Assembly: GCF_000009705.1 (NCBI RefSeq)
Contig: NC_003272.1
Span: forward strand, 4,170,001 to 4,202,000
Reading direction: 5' to 3'
DNA from: Nostoc sp. PCC 7120 = FACHB-418
GTDB taxonomy: Bacteria; Cyanobacteriota; Cyanobacteriia; Cyanobacteriales; Nostocaceae
Length of the DNA: 32,000 nt
Shown here: piece by piece, positions 1-9,891 of the stretch
How positions within the stretch are numbered: the first letter of the stretch is position 1
Layout of the letters: each line of letters starts with the position of its first letter
Position numbers and translations under genes: made by a program
Notes under the pieces: model-generated
Databases searched by the model: none
What the model saw: the letters and a program-made list of their open reading frames with translations, nothing else
Told to the model about the DNA's origin: nothing

Positions 1-225
1 TGTTAAGACTTCCGCCAAATTTTGTTCACTAATAACAGCCGCTTCCTTTGGTACAGCGTCAGGTGTCTCTGTTTCCGTACTGATTTTAGCGATCGCTTTC
101 GATGGCTTTGCTGAACTAGAATGACCTGATGCTGCCACTAAGGGAGCAATTAACATGATAACAACAACATAATTAAGAAATGGTTGCACGCGGAACCATC
201 CTGACAGCAAGAGGGGTTTAAGCAT
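1..225 (-). CDS. Partial CDS (N-terminal 75 codons, continues past the left window edge); hypothetical exported or membrane-anchored protein
   Basis: A reverse-strand ATG at 225-223 opens a stop-free frame down to position 1 (MLKPLLLSGWFRVQPFLNYVVVIMLIAPLVAASGHSS...). It has a hydrophobic signal/anchor-like stretch. It is absent from the supplied ORF track because the window edge truncates it. Confidence 0.4.
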   Translation of the reverse strand, partial: MLKPLLLSGWFRVQPFLNYVVVIMLIAPLVAASGHSSSAKPSKAIAKISTETETPDAVPKEAAVISEQNLAEVLT

Positions 226-1023
226 GGGTGGGACTCTCCAGAGGGGCGGTTGCTGTATGAGGCGCAAGTTTATTCGACTAAGGAAGCAGGCTGTTGATTA
301 CAGGTATAACAACAAACTCAAGGATTTAACTAGATTAAATGAGATTATTTTTTTAAATTTGCAGATTTTTACAAAAGTACAGTTTCATTCTTTACACCTT
401 GTAATTCAAAGTATCGGTTATTACTGAAAAATGCCAACAAAAAACATCAGCAGATTTACTGCCGATTTATTACTTAAAATAGGGATTTTCTACTCTTCAA
501 ACAAAGAGCATTGAAGGGATAATCTGAGCCACAGATTTCTGATAGCCCAAAACATAAACGATAGCTGGACTGTCCGGTTAGCGTGATTAACAGCGAAGCA
601 TAAAAAATTACTCTGTTGATATTCAGCTACAACAGTACAGACCCTGATAATGGTTTAAGTGAGGCGTTACTTTGAAAATTGGGAAAGCTGACGCACAAGA
701 TATATTACCCGAAAAACCACATTATCATCTACCCTTAGGTAGAAATTAATATTGGGTTTTTGAGTAACTTCGCTACAATCTTAGCTAAATAGCTGAGAAA
801 ATAGCCACAGAAATTTGCTTGGTAGACGTAGCTAAATAATTAAAGTCACTAGCTCCACAGACAGTTATTAGCCATCTAGATGCTGGTTAACTTAGTCACA
901 AGTTTACCAAGAAAATCTTAGTTTTGCCACCGTATATTCAATTATTCGTTGCCAATAAAAAGTGCATATTGGGTAATGAGAAGTGGTGAGGACAAGAAGT
1001 AGGGGAGCGAAGGGAAAAGATAT

Positions 1024-1058
1024 ACTGGCAACTGACCACTGGCAACTGACCACTGATT
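1024..1058. repeat. Heptameric STRR-like tandem repeat (ACTGGCA/ACTGACC x5) directly upstream of fmt
   Basis: Read directly: actggca actgacc actggca actgacc actgatt. Short tandemly repeated heptamers are typical of heterocystous cyanobacteria. Confidence 0.7.
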
Positions 1059-1066
1059 AATAACTA

Positions 1067-2095
1067 ATGAAAATTGTATTTTTTGGTACACCTGAATTTG
1101 CTGTTCCTACTTTAGAAAAATTGCTAATTAACCCTGAATTTGATGTTTTAGCCGTTATTACTCAACCGGATAAACGTCGGGAACGTGGGAATAAATTAAC
1201 ACCTTCGCCTGTAAAAAATGTGGCGATGTCCTACAGTCAGTGGGAGAACATCGCTCATGATTTACCAGTATGGCAACCGGAAAGGATAAAAAAAGATACT
1301 GAAACTTTGAATAGACTTAAGGAATTAGACGTAGATGCCTTTGTTGTGGTGGCCTATGGGCAAATTTTGCCACAAAAAATCCTTAATATACCGAAATTGG
1401 GTTCCGTGAACGTACATGGGTCGATTTTGCCCCAGTACCGAGGTGCTGCACCTATTCAATGGTGTTTGTATAACGGGGAAACAGAAACGGGGATCACGAC
1501 AATGTTAATGGATGTCGGTATGGATACTGGGGCAATGCTACTGAAAGCAACCACACCCATAGGCTTGCTCGATAATGCTGATGATGTAGCCCAGAAACTA
1601 TCTGTGATTGGTGGAGATTTATTAATAGAAACCTTACACAAGCTACAGCAAAAGGAGATTCAACCAATCCCGCAAGATAATGCTGCTGCGACTTATGCTT
1701 CTTTAATTCAAAAGCAAGATTATGGTTTAGATTGGTCAAGGAGTGCGCTGCAACTGCACAATCAAATTAGAGGATTTTACCCAAATTGTATAACTACCTT
1801 CCGTAACCAACCTCTGAAGATTACAGCCTCCTTTCCCCTTGGTGCTGCTTACCGTGAGGAACTACCACCAGAATTACAGAAAATGTTGCAAAAATTGCCT
1901 GATTTATCACAGATATCGGGTAGCCCAGGAGAAGTAGTCAGCATAACCAAGGGAGTTGGTGCGATCGCTCAAACTGGCGAAGGACTTTTACTTTTACGAG
2001 AGGTTCAGCTACCTGGCAAACGCCCCCAGTCGGGCTGGGATTTTGTTAATGGTACGCGGCTGACGGTGGGGGAAGTGTTAGGAAATGGCAGCTAG
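1067..2095 (+). CDS. fmt: Methionyl-tRNA formyltransferase
   Basis: 342-aa ORF. Its N-terminus [19 protein letters not shown], the [19 protein letters not shown] catalytic block and the C-terminal Fmt domain layout are all characteristic. Confidence 0.95.
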   Translation: MKIVFFGTPEFAVPTLEKLLINPEFDVLAVITQPDKRRERGNKLTPSPVKNVAMSYSQWENIAHDLPVWQPERIKKDTETLNRLKELDVDAFVVVAYGQILPQKILNIPKLGSVNVHGSILPQYRGAAPIQWCLYNGETETGITTMLMDVGMDTGAMLLKATTPIGLLDNADDVAQKLSVIGGDLLIETLHKLQQKEIQPIPQDNAAATYASLIQKQDYGLDWSRSALQLHNQIRGFYPNCITTFRNQPLKITASFPLGAAYREELPPELQKMLQKLPDLSQISGSPGEVVSITKGVGAIAQTGEGLLLLREVQLPGKRPQSGWDFVNGTRLTVGEVLGNGS

Positions 2096-2446
2096 TGAGG
2101 TTTCATAATAACGGCAGGACTCGCAAGGGCCGTGGGGATTGACTGCACAGCGAATGATTTCTGAGTGGGCATTAAATCTACAGGTGGCATCACCTACTAC
2201 CCAACGCCCTGCTACTAAAGTTTTTTCTGATGGTCTTTGGGCAGACTGGACGTAAAGAGCTATATTATGCAAACGATAACGCCCCGATTTAAGTTGATAT
2301 CTATGGCGGCGTTCTAGAACTGCGTAGGTGTTGCCTTCAAAATCGAGATAGTTTCCGGGTTGGGGTGTCCAGTCAAGTTGGACTTTACCGAGGGAGCGAC
2401 GTGGATGCGTCAGAATCACCTCGGTTGGTAAAGAATCTGGCTCCAT
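2078..2446 (-). CDS. Conserved hypothetical small protein with a C-terminal Cys cluster
   Basis: 122-aa ORF, convergent with fmt and overlapping its 3' end by 18 nt. The C-terminal half has C..C....C..C spacing ([28 protein letters not shown]). I recognise no catalytic motif. Confidence 0.55.
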   Translation of the reverse strand: MEPDSLPTEVILTHPRRSLGKVQLDWTPQPGNYLDFEGNTYAVLERRHRYQLKSGRYRLHNIALYVQSAQRPSEKTLVAGRWVVGDATCRFNAHSEIIRCAVNPHGPCESCRYYETSLAAIS

Positions 2447-2790
2447 AAGTTTATGTGATGTGGTTTACATTATAAAAATAGTATCGCAGCAGCCTACCTT
2501 TGCTGATCCGACTTCGACTATAATTAATAACTCACTCTATTATTGAAAAATCTGTCCGTAGCGATCGCCTCCCGCTTAGGGACTTCCAGATAAACAATAT
2601 CCAAAATATCGAAAGAGAATATAGGGTACGTCAGTGGGAGAAAACCTAACTGTACAAGAAATTATTCATACTGACGCACTCTACTAACTATAGCGATCGC
2701 CTACGGTGGGGCGGAGCATCGTCGCCTCACGCTGACAATCGCCGCAAAATTAATACCATCTTTGTATGCTTGCATCAGTGTGGGAGTATG

Positions 2791-3537
2791 TCAGCGCAGT
2801 TCCAACCCCGTTGCCGTGAACCGTAACCGATCTGGTCGCACCCCCAAGGCAGTCTCAAGAGCTACCCCGGCAATATTGCGGTAGGTATTGAGCAACTCTT
2901 GGTCGTTCTGCTCGGTTGCTACCGTGTAACCTGCCAAAGGCAGGGTCGCCATCAGTACAAAGGTCTCATAGAGTTTTTGGCGCTCTTGGTTGTTCAGTGC
3001 TTTGAAGGCCGTCGAGGAACCGAAGGCCGCGTCGCTGTTTGCTTGGAGGTTCATCAGCGCGGTTTCGGTGGGTTCTTCGCCGTAGTGTACCATGTAGCAA
3101 ACCCCCACCAAGTAGGCGAAGGCCATCGCCACGTTGTTGGGGCGGCCTAAACGCCGGGCTTCTGCCTCGAAGGCTTTAAAGCCCTCTGTGAAGGCTTTGG
3201 TTGACTGGCTTACTATAGTGGGGTCACTGCTCAAGCTGCGGGCGAATTGCGTCACCAGCAAGCGCTGCGAGCTTGGTCGAAAGGTGGTTCTTGGGGCAGT
3301 TTGGGCTTGGGTGCGGGCGGTGGCTTGGGCGCGCTGACTGCTGTTGTTGCGTCGGTTGATGCTGTTAAGATTTGACTGAGCTTGACGCACCAGTGCAGCA
3401 TTTTTCTGAACGCTGAGGTAGGCGTTCATGTTGCTGAAGCTGAGGCTACTGGGTGCGCCAAACTGCGCTACAGCAGGTCTACCAGAGACAGCAGTGACGA
3501 GGGCGGTAATGAGGATGACTTTGATTGATTGGTTCAT
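2791..3537 (-). CDS. Hypothetical secreted protein in a GC-rich gene; start probably at the internal Met (MNQSIKV...)
   Basis: The ORF is open to 3573, but a signal-peptide-like MNQSIKVILITALVTAVSGRPAVAQ begins at the ATG at 3537. The mature part has a Q/N/S/R-rich linker followed by a helical domain. The GC content is clearly higher than in the neighbours. Confidence 0.6.
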   Translation of the reverse strand: MNQSIKVILITALVTAVSGRPAVAQFGAPSSLSFSNMNAYLSVQKNAALVRQAQSNLNSINRRNNSSQRAQATARTQAQTAPRTTFRPSSQRLLVTQFARSLSSDPTIVSQSTKAFTEGFKAFEAEARRLGRPNNVAMAFAYLVGVCYMVHYGEEPTETALMNLQANSDAAFGSSTAFKALNNQERQKLYETFVLMATLPLAGYTVATEQNDQELLNTYRNIAGVALETALGVRPDRLRFTATGLELR

Positions 3538-3890
3538 CGGTTTTTCTAACGGTGAACAGTGAGCAGTGAACACTCATCAATAAATATTTAAAATTTTGTT
3601 ATGAAGTTGTTTTCTTGGGCAAGCCATAGCAATCATCAAATAACTACCATAGACAACTAACTCAAATCGCTTTTTTGAGTCTGACTTATGCTTCATATAT
3701 CTTTACAACAAGTATTGAGCATAGTTTAGTGAATGAGGTAAACACGCTCCTGTCATGTAGCTGATTTATAAGGAAAGAGAGAAATTCCGCAAATCGTAGT
3801 TTTTAAAAGTGTCTATTACATTGTTTAAAGTTATGTAGCCTTTTACTTACGGTGGATAAGCGACTGCGGTAAACTATGCCTTGATTATGA

Positions 3891-4178
<288 letters not shown>

Positions 4179-4244
4179 GGAATTCACTACCGATTCCTTT
4201 TTTGCTCACAATTAAGTGTCTCGATAGCAAGCCTCTTTAGCTTT

Positions 4245-4297
4245 GTAGGGTGGGTAGTAATGGCGTTCCGCTCGCCGTAAGCCATCGCCCATCCTAC
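4245..4297. repeat. Imperfect palindromic element in the psaC 3' region
   Basis: GTAGGGTGGGTAGTAATGGC ... GCCATCGCCCATCCTAC form inverted arms around a roughly 16-nt centre. The GTAGG...CCTAC termini resemble the small palindromic dispersed repeats seen at 27.7-30.0 kb. Confidence 0.5.
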
Positions 4298-4333
4298 AAC
4301 ATCATGAGAAATTTATAAAAATACCTAGTGGTT

Positions 4334-4359
4334 AAAGGAGCAGGTTGCTCCTTTTTTTC
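4334..4359 (+). terminator. Rho-independent terminator, probably for psaC
   Basis: The stem AGGAGC/GCTCCT with a short loop is followed by a T7 run (aaaggagcaggttgctccttttttt). Confidence 0.6.
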
Positions 4360-4386
4360 TTTCGTAGTCAATAGTCCATAGTAATA

Positions 4387-4435
4387 ACTGTTGACCACTG
4401 ACCACTCACAACGAACAACTGACAAATGACTATAC
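4387..4435. repeat. Degenerate heptameric STRR-like repeat upstream of glmS
   Basis: 7-nt periodicity read directly: actgttg accactg accactc acaacga acaactg acaaatg actatac. Confidence 0.55.
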
Positions 4436-4472
4436 TGGATTTAATTATCCTGAAAAAAGGGTGGTGTGAGCA

Positions 4473-6374
4473 ATGTGTGGCATCGTTGGGTATATCGGAA
4501 CTCAAGCAGCAACCGAGATTTTGTTGGCTGGGCTAGAAAAACTAGAGTATCGCGGTTACGATTCCGCAGGTATAGCTACGGTTTGGGAAGGAGATGTAAA
4601 TTGTGTCCGAGCCAAGGGCAAACTCCATAACCTGCGTTCTAAACTAGAACAACTGGCTACTCCATCTCAAATTGGTATTGGTCATACACGTTGGGCAACT
4701 CATGGCAAACCAGAGGAGTATAACGCCCATCCCCATTTAGATACAGCTATGCGAATCGCTGTTGTGCAGAATGGGATTATTGAAAATTACCGCGAGTTAC
4801 GCGACGAACTGAAACAGAAAGGACATGAGTTTCGTTCGGAAACTGATACAGAAGTTATTCCTCACCTTATAGCCGAATTTTTAAAAAACCTCCCTTCCCC
4901 CCCGCTTCCTACTTCTTCCTCCCCCTTCCTAGAAGCAATACGCCAAGCTGTTAAGCACCTACAAGGGGCATTTGCGATCGCTGTTATCTCTGCTGACTAT
5001 CCTGACGAATTGATTGTTGTCCGCCAGCAAGCGCCCCTGGTGATAGGATTCGGGCAAGGGGAGTTCTTTTGCGCCTCCGACACGCCAGCGATCGTTTCCC
5101 ATACTCGTGCAGTCTTACCCCTGGAGAATGGCGAAATTGCCCGTCTGACACCCCTGGGAGTGGAGATTTATAACTTTGCTGGGGACAGACTGAAAAAACA
5201 ACCCCGCCTGCTTAACTTGAATCCCACAATGGTAGAGAAGCAGGGATTCAAACACTTCATGCTCAAGGAAATTTATGAGCAACCAGGAGTAGTCAGAGCG
5301 AGTTTAGAAGCATACTTTAATCCCGATACTAATACTGATGAATCCTTTACATCACCAGTTAATTTGGGTTTATCTGAAGAAATCTATGCAGATTTAGAAC
5401 AAATTCATATTGTCGCCTGTGGTACGAGTTGGCACGCTGCATTGGTAGGAAAGTATTTACTTGAACAATTAGCAGGAATCTCCACTCAGGTACATTATGC
5501 TTCTGAGTATCGCTATGCCCCATCACCATTAACAGCGAATACATTAATTATTGGTGTTACTCAGTCAGGGGAAACTGCTGATACCCTAGCCGCCTTAGCG
5601 ATGGAGAAAGAACGCCGCCAAGGCAAAGAAGCCAAATATCAAGCGCGACTCTTGGGGATTACCAATCGCCCAGAAAGCAGCCTTGGTCATCTTGTACCCC
5701 ATATTATTAATACCCTGGCAGGAATTGAAATTGGTGTGGCAGCGACCAAAACCTTTGTTGCCCAACTGATGGCGTTTTATGCTCTAGCTTTGGATTTAGC
5801 CTATCATCGCCAAACAGTAGCACCAGATAAACTCGCAGATATTATTCAAGGTTTACGTCAGATACCTAAGGAAATCGAAGCTACCTTAGAACGTCAGGAA
5901 AAACTAACAGAACATCTAGCCCATGAATTTGCAGAAACCAAAGACTTCATCTTTTTGGGCAGAGGAATTAACTTCCCTATTGCTTTAGAAGGAGCATTGA
6001 AATTAAAAGAAATCAGCTACATTCACGCAGAAGGTTATCCAGCCGGGGAAATGAAACACGGCCCCATTGCATTATTAGATGCCAAAGTGCCGGTAGTGGC
6101 GATCGCCTATCCTGGTAGTGTGTATGAAAAAGTGATTTCCAATTCCCAAGAAGCCAAAGCCAGAGATTCCCGCTTAATTGGGGTGACACCAGTCAACGAT
6201 GGCGAAGCGGCGGAAATCTTTAATGATTTACTACCTGTTTCATCTGTGGATGAATTACTATCGCCGATCCTCACAGTAGTACCATTGCAACTATTGGCTT
6301 ATCACATTGCCGCCCGTCGCGGTTTGGATGTGGATCAGCCTCGGAACTTAGCAAAATCAGTGACTGTGGAATAG
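4473..6374 (+). CDS. glmS: Glutamine--fructose-6-phosphate aminotransferase (isomerising)
   Basis: 633-aa ORF. It starts MCGIVGY (catalytic Cys2 of Ntn amidotransferases), has two SIS domains (GTSWHAALVGKY..., GRGINFPIALEGALKLKEISYIHAEGY) and the canonical C-terminal ...LAKSVTVE. Confidence 0.97.
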   Translation: MCGIVGYIGTQAATEILLAGLEKLEYRGYDSAGIATVWEGDVNCVRAKGKLHNLRSKLEQLATPSQIGIGHTRWATHGKPEEYNAHPHLDTAMRIAVVQNGIIENYRELRDELKQKGHEFRSETDTEVIPHLIAEFLKNLPSPPLPTSSSPFLEAIRQAVKHLQGAFAIAVISADYPDELIVVRQQAPLVIGFGQGEFFCASDTPAIVSHTRAVLPLENGEIARLTPLGVEIYNFAGDRLKKQPRLLNLNPTMVEKQGFKHFMLKEIYEQPGVVRASLEAYFNPDTNTDESFTSPVNLGLSEEIYADLEQIHIVACGTSWHAALVGKYLLEQLAGISTQVHYASEYRYAPSPLTANTLIIGVTQSGETADTLAALAMEKERRQGKEAKYQARLLGITNRPESSLGHLVPHIINTLAGIEIGVAATKTFVAQLMAFYALALDLAYHRQTVAPDKLADIIQGLRQIPKEIEATLERQEKLTEHLAHEFAETKDFIFLGRGINFPIALEGALKLKEISYIHAEGYPAGEMKHGPIALLDAKVPVVAIAYPGSVYEKVISNSQEAKARDSRLIGVTPVNDGEAAEIFNDLLPVSSVDELLSPILTVVPLQLLAYHIAARRGLDVDQPRNLAKSVTVE

Positions 6375-6421
6375 GTTGATACGAATATTTAAGTAAATAT
6401 TTCTAGAGTAGATAAGATAAT

Positions 6422-6461
6422 TTCTAGGTGTGACTACCATATCACATCTAGAATTTTTTTT
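6422..6461 (+). terminator. Rho-independent terminator of glmS
   Basis: A 12-bp stem TTCTAGGTGTGA / TCACATCTAGAA (one mismatch) with an 8-nt loop is followed by T8. Confidence 0.7.
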
Positions 6462-6531
6462 GGGCATCGCTTAAAGTAATGCTGTGTCTATCTCGCCAGA
6501 ACTGATTTGTCAGATGGTAATGTCAGGTTGT

Positions 6532-9500
6532 CTAACCACATATCAATTCCCATAGCAAATCTATCCCATTTCCAATATATTCAGAATCTTGGTTTTCATT
6601 AATCCATCGAGGAAGATTAATGACTACACTATGAGTTTTTTCATCGATTTTCTTCAGCATACCTGCGGCACTAAAACGCACTTCAGATTCTGAGTCTTTG
6701 AGAAGTTTTAGTAAGTCAGGAATTGTGGCTTCTGCACCTATTTGACCTAACGCAACTGCGGCACTGGAACGCACAATAGATTCTGAGTCTTTGAGAAGTT
6801 TTAGTAAGTCGGGAATTGCTATTTCTGCACCTATTTGACCTAACGCAACTGCGGCACTAGAACGCACAATAAATTCTGAGTCTTTGAGAAGTTTTAGTAA
6901 GTCAGGAATTGCGGCTGCTGTACCTATGTCACCTAACGCAATTGCAGCTCCAAAACGCACAATAAAATTTGAGTTTTTGAGAAGTTTTAGTAAGTCAGGA
7001 ATTGCTATTTCTGCACCTATTTGACCTAACGCAACTGCGGCTTTAAAACGCACATAAAATTCTGAGTCTTTGAGAAGTTTTAGTAAGTCAGGAATTGCTA
7101 TTTCTGCACCTATTTGACCTAACGCTTCTGCGGCACTAGAACGCACAACAGATTCTGAGTCTTTGAGAAGTTTTAGTAAGTCGGGAATTGCTATTTCTGC
7201 ACCTATTTTACTTAACGCATTTATAGCACTAGAACGCACAATAGATTCTGAGTCTTTAAAGAGTTCTAGTAAGTCAGGGATTGCGGATTCTGCACCTATT
7301 TTACCTAACGCTTCTGCGGCACTAGACCGCACATTAGATTCTGAGTGTTTGAGGAGTTCTAGTAAGCCAGGGATTGCGGATTCTGCACCTATTTTACCTA
7401 ACGCTTCTGCGGCACTAGACCGCACATTAGATTCTGAGTGTTTGAGGAGTTCTAGTAAGCCAGGAATTGCTGCTTCTGTACCTATGTTACCTAACGCATT
7501 TGTAGCACTAAACCACACATTAAATTCTGGGTCTTTGAGGAATTCTAGTAAGCCAGGAATTCCGGCTTCTGTACCTATGTTACCTAACGCATCTGCGGCA
7601 CTAGACCGCACATTAGATTCTGAGTGTTTGAGGAGTTCTAGTAATCTATCAACTGCCGCCTTTTTTTCTCCTAATGCAGCACAATATTCTTGAAATCTTA
7701 CTTGAGCTATTTGTGGCTCTCTCTCTTTTAACAGTTGCAAAGCTTGGGTTTGAAAAGCCGTTTCATTCAGGCTACATAAAATTTGAAATACTTGTGATTT
7801 AATTTGAGAACTAACTTGCAACGAATCGCTTACTTCAAGATTTACTAAATCTTGTAAAATTTCTATAGCTGGAGAATCTTTGGCAGTTTTTAAATTTTTG
7901 ATATCTTCAGCAAGGCAATTCCCAGCAAATAATAAGTCACGATGAAGCCATTTTTCATATTCGCTATTCCTGTTGAGAACTCTTCTAATAGCTGTAGCCG
8001 CTTTGTTTGGTGCTTGCTGAGTAATTAATAGCAGTAATACCTCTCGCCAATGAGGGTCATGGAGATGCTGATCAATATAATTTAAAACAATCTCAAAATC
8101 GTCTTGATCATCTGCTTGATAATTAATTTCTCCAGCACACAGATATTCCTGAAAGGTTTTATGCACAAAAGCATAGCAATCTTGACCTTGTTCATTAAGT
8201 AGTCCAGTACGTTCCTGAATCAAACTTAAAAACCGTTTTGCTTTTTCCTCTGCTTTATAAAGTTCAATTTCCTTCAAAGATTTGATTTCTCTTTTTAATT
8301 GATCAAGCAAATCTTCACAAGCAATTAGTGTTCCCCCTTCTTTATCTGCTGTACTACCTTTTCCATGAATCCAAAAGGCTAATTTTCGCATCAAAAATAG
8401 TAAATCTTCAATATCAATATCTTGCAAGAAATGGTTAACGCTAATTTCTTTATTAGCGTCCCAAGAAGTTAAGAGAGTTTCTACAGCTTTCTCATAAAGT
8501 TTGTGGCGACCTTTAGGCAAAACTGCCTGGTAGCGATGAATCAGAGCAATAATAGTCAACAGCAAAGGGTTACGCGCTAGTAATTTGAGACGCTCATTTT
8601 TATTTAATGCTTCTCGTAAAGTTGTTTTACGTCGCTCCGCCTCTGACTTATCCTGAATACGACTGTCATACCAACAGTTAATAAACTTTTCTATTTTCTC
8701 ATCATCAAAAGATAAAAGCTCGTAATGGGCAAACTCTTGAGTATTGAAAAAATCGCGTTTATAGCCAGCAGGACGAGAAGTAATAACTGCACAATTTTTC
8801 GGAAATTGTCCTAAAAAATTCTCAATTTTCCGCACTACATCATATCGTTTATTTTCCTGAGCAATTTCATCCAATCCATCAAAAAAGATAAAAGTGTGTC
8901 CATCTTCTAACCAATATTCAAAAAAACCTACAGGTAAGGTTTTAACACATAGATTTTTTTCAACAAATTGCTTAACATATTCAATAACGCTAATATTTGC
9001 TTGCCTAGCAAAATCTCGTATAGGAATTATAATAGGTAAATAGTCTGATGCTGTTATATTCAGTTGTTCAATCTGCTTCTGAGCTAACATCACCACAAAA
9101 TAACTCAGTAAAGTAGTTTTTCCAGAGCCGGGCGCACCTAAAAGAACAAACTTTTGGCAGTTGGTTTGACTTAAAATTTGGGAAGCTAAAAATTTTCTCC
9201 CAGAAGAGTTTCTTAAAGCACGCTGTCTCTGTTCCCAGAGTAATTGTTGCTGATTTTGGCTCAAATTGGATGACAATAACTCTGTTTCGATGCTGGAGTT
9301 GAGATTATTTATATCCTTGTGGTTATCCTCCTGCACTTCTGGTAATACAAAAATATTTACTAGCTTCTCCGATTTTTCTACTTCTTGTCCTGGTACAGCA
9401 ATACCAGCAAACTTAACATCATCAAACCAATTGACTAATTGCTGAAGATAGTTTTCCTTGGCAATCTGAAACCTTATACAATTATCTGTATTCTGAAAAT

Positions 9501-9891
9501 AAGTTGTAACAAAAACCTCCATCCATGAATAAACATACTCAATTTTAATTTCTTTCATTTTTGAGTCAGCTAAAGCCGCTTTTTTGAAAACTTCAACTAA
9601 ATAATCTAAATCAGGCTTTCCTTCATTTTTTAAAGGCCTCTGTAGCTCTGACAATCCTTGTTCTTTAAAAAAATTACATAAAAATTTTGGTATAAAGTCT
9701 GGTGGACAAGAATAAAATAATCGGGTTTCTTGTTTACAAGCTTCTATAGTTGCAGTTTTAATCGCCTTATCTAAATCACTAGGGTTAAGTTTGCTCGTAA
9801 CACCACTCAGCAAAGCTTTAGAAACTTCTACTGTGACTAATTCTCCTACCCATGCACCAACCATTGCACCAATCATTATGATGGTCTCCAC
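6532..9891 (-). CDS. STAND NTPase: N-terminal glycine-zipper/helical domain, NACHT P-loop NTPase, and 11 C-terminal HEAT (PBS-lyase-type) repeats; NLR-like
   Basis: 1119 aa. The Walker A motif LLGAPGSGKTT is encoded around 9115-9140, and the Walker B-like motif is IFFDGLDE. The text around CAVITSRP and LARNPLLLTIIALI is typical of a NACHT core. The C-terminus has 11 x 31-aa repeats AIPDLLKLLKDSESxVRSSAAxALGQIGAE. Confidence 0.85.
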   Translation of the reverse strand: METIIMIGAMVGAWVGELVTVEVSKALLSGVTSKLNPSDLDKAIKTATIEACKQETRLFYSCPPDFIPKFLCNFFKEQGLSELQRPLKNEGKPDLDYLVEVFKKAALADSKMKEIKIEYVYSWMEVFVTTYFQNTDNCIRFQIAKENYLQQLVNWFDDVKFAGIAVPGQEVEKSEKLVNIFVLPEVQEDNHKDINNLNSSIETELLSSNLSQNQQQLLWEQRQRALRNSSGRKFLASQILSQTNCQKFVLLGAPGSGKTTLLSYFVVMLAQKQIEQLNITASDYLPIIIPIRDFARQANISVIEYVKQFVEKNLCVKTLPVGFFEYWLEDGHTFIFFDGLDEIAQENKRYDVVRKIENFLGQFPKNCAVITSRPAGYKRDFFNTQEFAHYELLSFDDEKIEKFINCWYDSRIQDKSEAERRKTTLREALNKNERLKLLARNPLLLTIIALIHRYQAVLPKGRHKLYEKAVETLLTSWDANKEISVNHFLQDIDIEDLLFLMRKLAFWIHGKGSTADKEGGTLIACEDLLDQLKREIKSLKEIELYKAEEKAKRFLSLIQERTGLLNEQGQDCYAFVHKTFQEYLCAGEINYQADDQDDFEIVLNYIDQHLHDPHWREVLLLLITQQAPNKAATAIRRVLNRNSEYEKWLHRDLLFAGNCLAEDIKNLKTAKDSPAIEILQDLVNLEVSDSLQVSSQIKSQVFQILCSLNETAFQTQALQLLKEREPQIAQVRFQEYCAALGEKKAAVDRLLELLKHSESNVRSSAADALGNIGTEAGIPGLLEFLKDPEFNVWFSATNALGNIGTEAAIPGLLELLKHSESNVRSSAAEALGKIGAESAIPGLLELLKHSESNVRSSAAEALGKIGAESAIPDLLELFKDSESIVRSSAINALSKIGAEIAIPDLLKLLKDSESVVRSSAAEALGQIGAEIAIPDLLKLLKDSEFYVRFKAAVALGQIGAEIAIPDLLKLLKNSNFIVRFGAAIALGDIGTAAAIPDLLKLLKDSEFIVRSSAAVALGQIGAEIAIPDLLKLLKDSESIVRSSAAVALGQIGAEATIPDLLKLLKDSESEVRFSAAGMLKKIDEKTHSVVINLPRWINENQDSEYIGNGIDLLWELICG
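6637..7659. repeat. Tandem array of 11 x 93-bp units encoding the HEAT repeats
   Basis: The units are very similar at the DNA level, and two adjacent units (about 7277-7369 and 7370-7462) look identical over at least 90 bp. The array also produces the spurious + strand shadow ORF 7163..7693. Confidence 0.9.

Noticed and set aside
224-427. 67-aa ORF (MGGTLQRGGCCMRRKF...)
   Set aside because: It abuts the start of the better-supported reverse-strand partial gene, has odd composition, and has no RBS or motif. It is probably non-coding.
2899-3337. Two plus-strand ORFs (2899..3150 and 3134..3337) opposite the secreted-protein gene
   Set aside because: These are Gly/Arg/Ala/Val-rich products typical of antisense frames in GC-rich DNA. 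The minus-strand ORF has a signal peptide and sensible composition.
7163-7693. 176-aa plus-strand ORF with its own repeat structure (SSSKSGIA.SAPILPNA...)
   Set aside because: It lies entirely inside the 93-bp HEAT-repeat array of the minus-strand NACHT gene. The repeat period keeps the antisense frame open, so this is a shadow ORF, not a gene.
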